Virus record (IMG/VR): IMGVR_UViG_3300022925_002539
Coordinates: 37,580 to 101,579 of that record
DNA: 64,000 nt
Direction: 5' to 3' (one strand)
DNA from: a virus
Position 1 is the first letter of the stretch; each line of letters begins with the position of its first letter. The translations under genes were made by a program, and so were the position numbers. The notes below the pieces were generated by a model that did not search any database, was not told the DNA's origin, and saw only the letters and a list, made by a program, of their open reading frames with translations. This document shows positions 58,401 to 64,000 of this stretch, one piece after another.

Positions 58401-60045
58401 AGGTATGCATGGTGCTGCATTTGATGTAGACCTAGCTATTGCAAAAGTTGCAAGTGGATACAGTTATAGTTTTAGCAATGCAAAGAAAGCAGCAGCTTGG
58501 GGAAGAGACAAAGGCTCTGTTGCTATAAATGTTAGTGCAGAAGTACGTTATGATACTGGATTTAGAAATAGTATTGTAAAGAAAACAGATGGTGAATGGT
58601 ATAGCACACACTGGTATTATGGCATAAATGGTTATAATGGTGCAGTAAATGAAGCAGTAGGATGGAAGAGTGCATTAGGCAATGAACAAGTACTTGTTAA
58701 GGCTGCAGGCAATGCAGGATATGATTATAGTGCTGGTATGAATCAAATGGCAACTGCTACAGACTCAGATGGCAATCTAATATTAGATGGTCAAATGATT
58801 ATTGTGGGTAATTGGGACGAAAACAACAAACAAATTAACGGTTCAAGCAATAAAGCAGGTACAGTATGTGCTACATATCAAAATAATATATGTATAGATG
58901 CAGCAAAAATAAAAGATTACTATATTATGGCAAACGGTACTAATATTACAAGCACTGCAGAAGATGGCGGATACGTAACAATGACTGGTACTAGTATGGC
59001 GGCTCCTGTAGTTACAGGCAGTATTGCAGTATTACATCAAATGTGGCCTCATATGAAAGGCAAACATTTAGTACAACTAGTTCTTGTAACTGGCAATAAG
59101 AATATTGCTGGTTATAATGAAAATGTTCATGGACAAGGATTACTTGACATGGACAAAGCAACACGACCAGTTGGTGCAACCGGGATTCCTACTACCGGTC
59201 GTACCAACGGTGGTGTAAGCAGTATTACTGGCGGAGCAAACATAAGTGGAGTTAGTGCAAGCCAAATGCAAGCACTTACAGGCATAATGGTTTTAGATAG
59301 TTTTGAAAGAGACTTTTACATAGACTTAGGAGATATGACACAGAGTGTTGATACAAGAACAGGCAGTGTTGCAAAACAAATGGGTGCTTTAAACTATTAT
59401 GGTAGTTATATGGATCCAAACAAACATGCAGTATTTCCAAAGTTTATACTAGATGATAATAGCAATATTGAAGTAGGATTTGGTACAAGTGATAAACATT
59501 ACTTAGGAAACAGTTTCTCAGGTACACTGGGCACTACAAAAGATAGTTCAACATTATATGCTAATTACAACTACAGAGATGGTGGCTTTTATGCACAGGC
59601 AGGACTAGGTTACAGTACTGTAAACTTTGATACTACAAACAGTCTGCTTAACACTAAGACTGCTAAGGTAATTAGTAGTACTGCTACTGTTGGATATGAG
59701 ATGAATCCTACAGATGGACATAAGTTTGGATTTGCAGTAAGTCAACCAGTGAACGTTGAAGATGCAAAATTAAACTATAATGTTCCAGTAGGACGTACAC
59801 TTGACGGTACAGTACAACACGAAAACAGAACAATAAACTTTAAAAATAACAAACGTGAAATAGATGTTGGAACATATTACACATTTAATATACAAAAGAC
59901 AGGCAATGCAGAAATAGATGCGATTACTAAAAAACTAGGTTTGCAAGGTACTGTTAATACTTTTGCAGAAATACGAACAGGAGTCAGTGCTATTAAAAAA
60001 GAGATTGAAAAAGTTGCTGGTTTTAGTGTACAATTAAAGTTTTAG
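55468..60045 (+). CDS. lipoprotein S8 subtilase with Thr-rich repeat stalk and autotransporter-like C-terminal beta domain
   Basis: lipobox LSA-C + Gly8; triad IADTG / HGTHVAG / GTSMAAP; GQGLLD; amphipathic strands ending in Phe; AGGAG SD. Confidence 0.88.
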   Translation: MKTKALTGLALVTALSACGGGGGGGGTSFTPIKVSDLGSINTAAISNGFASAIQKIAGDGLVDAKESLEIFKWVDTNENINTTELAKYNVTVNGTKMSLQRAWFMLKGYKALYYDGKETFWENMIENEQYDDTDSTFVELKALAEKDDPDYAEKIGKGTKSVEEFKKEKSVVTLVSTSTSTITTDSDPVVGEPTVTTTYVDSSADTLLDDGRTKTEVTRTYTHTSKTPSTITTTTYTLYTYTYSNGTTNEVKGPETKTPNTTYTTTISTEEKIISTSYTEPAVVETDRSESFDVSTKEETKIVVSDPVVTTTYSDAEDSGVAQDNGDTLYTTTRTYTDKSVVTTTTTITKTETSIRKVTIKYSDGTTEVVTDDPVITVTPVTTSEDTVTTSTRTELLSTRTESGVIESESIVYSVSSYEEDPVVIVNDPVVTTTYVDTEDAGVLQDNGDKLFTTTRTYTDTSTTKTETTITTVQTSIPTKTIKFTNGKIKKVVGDPIITKSSETTVSISDPVITTRTEVLSTRTVEKSITKTTEEKIKTVSDPVIGDSITTSTYVDNTEETNLDDGRTKIVVTRTYTYTTKVPSTITTTEYIKYTNTYSDGSVVIVDGPKTVTPVTTYTESSSTEDKVISTSYIEATVIDTVETYDISTSKDTTSIDGDPVVTTTYVDEEDAGVLQDNGDTIFTTTRTYTDKTTVTTSTTITTTETSVKTTVIKYANGATKTVIDDPVITVTPVTTTKDTVTTSTRTEVISTRTVEAVVEPSEPTVISTNTFVDNLVYSHLDKTYGPETTTSEDIVTYSGSIKTTTRRTTTCIVEYHEHFDKRETITRTKYSDGTQKDVVDSTEYFTRGKVNKGETCNSEDTVISVENTDDGVIGDDHADMGTRTPGYNSDASSYITDEFNYINNKQLSASNFNVAYSRGWTGKGSLVTIADTGANVNHTDLDDNIKYTIDYSDTNVSDSSSHGTHVAGIAGAEKNSSGMHGAAFDVDLAIAKVASGYSYSFSNAKKAAAWGRDKGSVAINVSAEVRYDTGFRNSIVKKTDGEWYSTHWYYGINGYNGAVNEAVGWKSALGNEQVLVKAAGNAGYDYSAGMNQMATATDSDGNLILDGQMIIVGNWDENNKQINGSSNKAGTVCATYQNNICIDAAKIKDYYIMANGTNITSTAEDGGYVTMTGTSMAAPVVTGSIAVLHQMWPHMKGKHLVQLVLVTGNKNIAGYNENVHGQGLLDMDKATRPVGATGIPTTGRTNGGVSSITGGANISGVSASQMQALTGIMVLDSFERDFYIDLGDMTQSVDTRTGSVAKQMGALNYYGSYMDPNKHAVFPKFILDDNSNIEVGFGTSDKHYLGNSFSGTLGTTKDSSTLYANYNYRDGGFYAQAGLGYSTVNFDTTNSLLNTKTAKVISSTATVGYEMNPTDGHKFGFAVSQPVNVEDAKLNYNVPVGRTLDGTVQHENRTINFKNNKREIDVGTYYTFNIQKTGNAEIDAITKKLGLQGTVNTFAEIRTGVSAIKKEIEKVAGFSVQLKF
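55980..57740 (+). repeat. five degenerate ~120-aa Thr/Val-rich repeats (order A-B-B-A-B) inside the subtilase
   Basis: A: LDDGRTK..VTRTYT (x2); B: DPVVTTTY.D.ED.GV.QDNGD..FTTTRTYTD (x3); 32-bp identity at 56782-56813 and 57475-57506. Confidence 0.85.
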
Positions 60046-60059
60046 TATAGGAAAAATAA

Positions 60060-60227
60060 ATGGTACCAAAACCTGCTATATTACTAGCATTACAAGAAGA
60101 AATTAAACATGCAAAAACTTGTTTAAGACCGTCTGCTACAGGGCATATCCATACTGCTATTAGTTGGATGGAGTATAGAGTAGAACAAATTGCAAAAGAA
60201 CTAAAGGAACAACATGGCAAAAATTAA
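60060..60227 (+). CDS. 55-aa hypothetical protein (not in the ORF track)
   Basis: manual translation MVPKPAILLALQEEIKHAKTCLRPSATGHIHTAISWMEYRVEQIAKELKEQHGKN*; AGGA SD. Confidence 0.65.
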   Translation: MVPKPAILLALQEEIKHAKTCLRPSATGHIHTAISWMEYRVEQIAKELKEQHGKN

Positions 60228-60684
60228 AAAAAGATATATTAGTCAAGACGAAATAAAACGTTACTGTCTAAATATAGTTAGTATGATGTTTAAAGATGAC
60301 TTTAAACCTGATATTATAGTAGGTGTCACTAGAGGTGGATTATGGCCTGCAATGATGCTAAGTCATTATTTAGATATAAAAATGTATACACTGGATGTTA
60401 GATTACGAGACGGTGATACAAAAGAAAATGCTACATTTCTTAAAACACAAATGGTAAAAGGCAAAAAGATTCTAATAGTAGATGATATAAATGATTCTGG
60501 TGCAACTTTTAAATGGATTGCACAAGATTGGGAAGTTGACAATGATAGTGAAGAAAGCAATGTAAAATTTGCTGCACTAATTGATAATATCCCTAGTGAG
60601 TTCGTCGTGGAATACAGCGGAACTGAAATCAACAAAGAAGAGAATCCTGAATGGATTGTTTTCCCTTATGAGGAGTGGTGGTAA
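60214..60684 (+). CDS. xanthine/guanine phosphoribosyltransferase-like protein
   Basis: IVGVTRGGL.PA, LIVDDINDSGAT, WIVFPYE. Confidence 0.85.
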   Translation: MAKIKKRYISQDEIKRYCLNIVSMMFKDDFKPDIIVGVTRGGLWPAMMLSHYLDIKMYTLDVRLRDGDTKENATFLKTQMVKGKKILIVDDINDSGATFKWIAQDWEVDNDSEESNVKFAALIDNIPSEFVVEYSGTEINKEENPEWIVFPYEEWW

Positions 60685-60920
60685 TGAGTAACTTTGATTG
60701 GCCTAGAATGCACAAAGATGAAGAGCATATTGAAAGAGAAGCATACAGTTGTGTGGAACATGCAATATGTCAGCACTATGGTATTGAAGATATAACTGAA
60801 CTAACAGAAGCACAATGGGAAGAAATACATGCTTGGCAGGAAGAAAATGTTAGTGAATATTCACCAATGAACATTGGATTCAGTGATGTGTATGCTTATT
60901 GGGAAATGGAAAATGAATGA
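60684..60920 (+). CDS. small acidic hypothetical protein
   Basis: TAATG-coupled ATG after GAGGAG. Confidence 0.6.
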   Translation: MSNFDWPRMHKDEEHIEREAYSCVEHAICQHYGIEDITELTEAQWEEIHAWQEENVSEYSPMNIGFSDVYAYWEMENE

Positions 60921-61483
60921 AAATATTAATAGTAGGCAAAAGCGATTTAGGTAATGCTTTAGCAGACCTTTGTGTTAATCATGATGTTACAATAGTTGGT
61001 CGTCCTGAATATGATTTATCAAGTCAGTATGAGTGTAATAGAATTGTACGAGAATATGAGGCTGATTGTGTAATTATAACACAAGGCAATATGGATGAAG
61101 ATGTCTGGAATAGCCTTACAATAAATTCTACAAGTGCAATTTATTTAATAACCGAATTTTATAAAAAAATGAATTACGGACAAATAATAGCAGTAAGTAG
61201 TGCTACTACTAATTGGCAGAGCTGGCCAGGAATAGATATACATAGGCTAATATATGCAACTGCAAAAACTTCCCTAAGTGAGTTTTGTAAACAAATGAAT
61301 AGAAAAAATATGCCAGGTGAAGAAGAAAAAGATGTAAGCATACAAGTATATGAACCAAACAATTTTTTGTCACGGACAGGTACTAAAAGCAAACAAGATA
61401 TAAATCCAATTGCACAGGAATTATTAAGTCTTGTATGTAATAGACGTATAAGTGTTTTACAAGGACTTAATAGAAATGTATAA
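60917..61483 (+). CDS. short-chain dehydrogenase-like NAD(P)-binding protein
   Basis: MKILIVG..DLG, VSS, YATAK. Confidence 0.75.
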   Translation: MKILIVGKSDLGNALADLCVNHDVTIVGRPEYDLSSQYECNRIVREYEADCVIITQGNMDEDVWNSLTINSTSAIYLITEFYKKMNYGQIIAVSSATTNWQSWPGIDIHRLIYATAKTSLSEFCKQMNRKNMPGEEEKDVSIQVYEPNNFLSRTGTKSKQDINPIAQELLSLVCNRRISVLQGLNRNV

Positions 61484-61504
61484 TTACGAGTTAGGAAATG
61501 AAAA

Positions 61505-62086
61505 ATGAGCAAACTGATTACGGAATATAAAGACTGGGTAAATGAAGAAGCCCTAAGAAATTTATGGGGTAGTACAGTATGTCAAGGACATTGGAAGTTT
61601 GGACAGAAGTCTAATGATGATACAGTCTATCCTATGTGGTTTCAAACATTCTTTCATACATTTCAGCAAGCATATATGGAACCTGTAAATGAATTTGCAA
61701 AAGAAGTTGGTGACCGTTTTTTAGAAACATGTGGTAAAGATTACACATTAGTTAGAAATATGTTAGCAGGAAATACTTTTGGTCAGGACGGTGACGTTCA
61801 TGATGACTGGCCCAACCTTGGAGAAAGTATTACTGGTGTACTGTATCTTAATCGTACCTGGAATGATAATTGGGGCGGTGAAACAATAGTATATGATAAA
61901 AACAACTTAGACTATTGTGAAATAAGCAAATTTCAAGCAGGAAAACTTATTGTATTTGATGGTGCAAATCCACATATAGGCAAAGGCCCTCAACGTGCTT
62001 GTGGAGAACTGCGTTCTATTATTGCAGTACAAGCAGTTAAAACAGATGCATGGAACAAATTACTTGACAGTAAGAAGCAAAAATAA
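61505..62086 (+). CDS. 2OG-Fe(II) oxygenase (prolyl hydroxylase-like)
   Basis: HDD, VLYLN..W..NWGGET, FDG..PH, R. Confidence 0.85.
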   Translation: MSKLITEYKDWVNEEALRNLWGSTVCQGHWKFGQKSNDDTVYPMWFQTFFHTFQQAYMEPVNEFAKEVGDRFLETCGKDYTLVRNMLAGNTFGQDGDVHDDWPNLGESITGVLYLNRTWNDNWGGETIVYDKNNLDYCEISKFQAGKLIVFDGANPHIGKGPQRACGELRSIIAVQAVKTDAWNKLLDSKKQK

Positions 62087-62092
62087 TATAAT
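62064..62092 (+). promoter_or_regulatory. sigma70 consensus promoter for queD-queE
   Basis: TTGACA-17 nt-TATAAT. Confidence 0.8.
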
Positions 62093-62098
62093 AAACAT

Positions 62099-62136
62099 AG
62101 ACGTCTTAGGTTCGTCCGTCTTTAAATATTCCGCCC
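62099..62136 (+). ncRNA. candidate preQ1-I-like hairpin in the queD leader
   Basis: AGACG/CGTCT stem, 13-nt loop TCTTAGGTTCGTC, tail TTAAATATTCCGCCC; begins at the predicted +1. Confidence 0.35.
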
Positions 62137-62155
62137 ATAACAATAGGAGAATATA

Positions 62156-62617
62156 ATGGCTTTTTATAGCACAAAAACATATGGACACAATATTGGACTT
62201 AGTGCAGTATTCAGACAACCTAATGCAGATCATTCACATTGTCAATTACTACATGGTTATAGTTTAGGATTTAAATTTACATTTGGTTGTAATGAACTAG
62301 ATAATAAAAACTGGGCAGTTGACTTTGGAGGCTTAAAGCCTTTGAAAGCATGGTTAGAAGAACAGTTTGATCATAAAGTCGTAATTGATAGTCAAGATCC
62401 ACATATGGAAGACTTTTACGAATTAGAGAAAAAAGGTTTATGTGAAGTAACAATGATGGATGGCGTTGGTGCAGAAATGTTTGCAAAACATGCATTTGAA
62501 TTTGCAGATGCCTTAATTAAAAAACAAACACAAGGAAGGTGTTTTGTTTATGAAGTAGAATGTAGTGAACATGGAGCAAATAGTGCAATTTATAGGATCG
62601 AAGATGCTAACAGTTAA
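62156..62617 (+). CDS. queD: 6-carboxy-5,6,7,8-tetrahydropterin synthase
   Basis: HCQLLHGY, VDFGGLK, FDHK, E.SE..NSA; AGGAG SD. Confidence 0.9.
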   Translation: MAFYSTKTYGHNIGLSAVFRQPNADHSHCQLLHGYSLGFKFTFGCNELDNKNWAVDFGGLKPLKAWLEEQFDHKVVIDSQDPHMEDFYELEKKGLCEVTMMDGVGAEMFAKHAFEFADALIKKQTQGRCFVYEVECSEHGANSAIYRIEDANS

Positions 62618-63551
62618 GGAAGCAGAAGATATGGTATCTAATGCTCCTAAACAAGCAAAACTAAGATATAGTGAAGCATTTTATAGTGTACAAGGTGAAG
62701 GCAAGTTTGTAGGAGTACCTAGTGTGTTTCTACGTACATTTGGTTGTAACTTTCGTTGTATGAACTTTGGTTTACCTCGTACTGAAGAAATGAGAGATGT
62801 AAAGCAAAAACAAGGCATAATACACAATCAAGAAGTACAAGGTTTACTGGATAACAAAGTACATGAAACTACAAAAGAATTTAATGACTTACCAATAATA
62901 CACACAGGTTGCGATACATATGCTAGTATCTACCCTGAGTTCAAACACTTCAATATGTTACGTACAGTTGATGAAGTAGTTGAACATTTAATTAGTTTAC
63001 TGCCAGAAGGCAAGTGGACAATGGATAATGGGCAAGACGTACACTTGATAATGACAGGTGGAGAGCCACTACTTGCTTGGCAAAGATTATATGAAGAATT
63101 GTTTGAACATCCAAAAATGAAGGACTTAAAAAATGTTACGTTTGAAACAAACACTACACAATTTTTACACAAAGATTTTAAAGATTACCTCAACAGACAG
63201 GACAGATTTACAGTCACTTGGAGTTGTTCCCCAAAACTTTCAGTTAGTGGAGAACCTTGGGAGACTGCTATTAAGCCTGAAGTGGCTTGTGATTATGCTA
63301 GTGTGGACGGTAGTGACATTTACCTCAAGTTTGTTGTCGCTGACAGGACCGATATTGATGAAGCTGGCAGAGCTGTTAGTGAATATCGTAGTGCAGGTTT
63401 GGAATGTCCTGTGTATCTTATGCCGTTGGGTGGTAGATCAGAAGAATACAACCTCAATGTCCAAGAAGTTGCGAACCTTTGCATGGAAAGAGGTTGGAGG
63501 TTCACTCCACGATTACATATCTCGCTCTTTGGCAATGCCTGGGGAACTTAA
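62604..63551 (+). CDS. queE: 7-carboxy-7-deazaguanine synthase (radical SAM)
   Basis: FYSVQGEG..GVPSVFLR.FGCNFRC, CDT, TGGEPLL, ETN, SPK, LKFVV, PRLH. Confidence 0.92.
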   Translation: MLTVKEAEDMVSNAPKQAKLRYSEAFYSVQGEGKFVGVPSVFLRTFGCNFRCMNFGLPRTEEMRDVKQKQGIIHNQEVQGLLDNKVHETTKEFNDLPIIHTGCDTYASIYPEFKHFNMLRTVDEVVEHLISLLPEGKWTMDNGQDVHLIMTGGEPLLAWQRLYEELFEHPKMKDLKNVTFETNTTQFLHKDFKDYLNRQDRFTVTWSCSPKLSVSGEPWETAIKPEVACDYASVDGSDIYLKFVVADRTDIDEAGRAVSEYRSAGLECPVYLMPLGGRSEEYNLNVQEVANLCMERGWRFTPRLHISLFGNAWGT

Positions 63552-64000
63552 ATTATTTAAGACATCTAAGTATAAATTAGAAGAATTAGATCATATTGAT
63601 TGTACAAAAGATCCTGTAAGACCCGAACTAGATGTAGCATTTAGAACTAGTGAAGGTAGAAAGATTTACGGACTTAGAGATCCAGAAGGTGACATTTGTG
63701 CTATTATGTGTTTTGCATTTACCGATGATGTGCCTACTACCGTTGAAGAAATGGATGTAATGAGTAAATCTGCAAGACTATCATCAGTACACAAAGCAGG
63801 ACAACAGGGTAGTATTGCTATTGCATATACTGTTTGGGCAGTAAAACGTGGTGGTGGGCGTAAGATTGTTAACGAAGTTTACAAAATGGTTAAGAAATCA
63901 AATAACTTAAATAGACTAGTAACACTAAGTCCTCTCACAGATATGGCACGTAAGTTTCATTTAGCAAATGGTGCAAAAGAATTACAAGTAAACGAAACAA
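63535..64000 (+). CDS. GNAT-like protein, truncated by the window end (not in the ORF track)
   Basis: open frame MPGELKLF...DPVRPEL...AIAYTVWAVKRGGGRKIV...VTLSPLTDMARKFHLANGA. Confidence 0.65.
   Translation, partial: MPGELKLFKTSKYKLEELDHIDCTKDPVRPELDVAFRTSEGRKIYGLRDPEGDICAIMCFAFTDDVPTTVEEMDVMSKSARLSSVHKAGQQGSIAIAYTVWAVKRGGGRKIVNEVYKMVKKSNNLNRLVTLSPLTDMARKFHLANGAKELQVNET

Noticed and set aside
1-64000. Stop-codon reassignment
   Set aside because: Conserved genes are full length in the standard code and end in TAA, TAG or TGA; no suppressor tRNA was seen.
1-64000. Short minus-strand and nested ORFs in the track
   Set aside because: They are shadows of well-supported plus-strand genes, with no motifs or SD.
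1-64000. CRISPR array, integrase, IS element or rRNA
   Set aside because: No regularly spaced repeats or recognisable motifs were seen by eye.
1-64000. Apparent abundance of TGCA as a modification motif
   Set aside because: It is plausibly due to Ala GCA codons after T-ending codons, and cannot be judged without codon-controlled k-mer counts.

Overview
An AT-rich, densely coding and almost entirely plus-strand segment of a large tailed dsDNA phage genome with T4-like features: family B DNA polymerase, probable sliding clamp, PhoH, TAAATA late-promoter motifs and TTGACA/TATAAT early promoters. The host is probably a marine alphaproteobacterium (inference from transporter types). The window holds a tRNA-Arg, a TctA/TctC transporter behind a candidate RNA switch, a lysis module (GH108 endolysin, overlapping spanins, holin candidates), DnaJ and ClpA, and a block of probable protease-processed internal head polyproteins. 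It also holds a replication module, a dispersed 7-deazaguanine DNA-modification pathway (FolE, QueD, QueE, TGT/DpdA-like, DpdL-like, glycosyltransferase), sugar-modifying, 2OG-Fe(II) and radical-SAM enzymes, purine salvage genes, and a 1525-aa lipoprotein subtilase with an autotransporter-like end. The most striking signal is at 28681-29631: an Asp/Asn-type class II aminoacyl-tRNA synthetase catalytic domain with no anticodon-binding domain, followed 7 nt later by a 101-nt non-canonical tRNA (GUU anticodon, C33/U37, 29-nt variable arm). All calls come from manual motif reading; no database searches were run.
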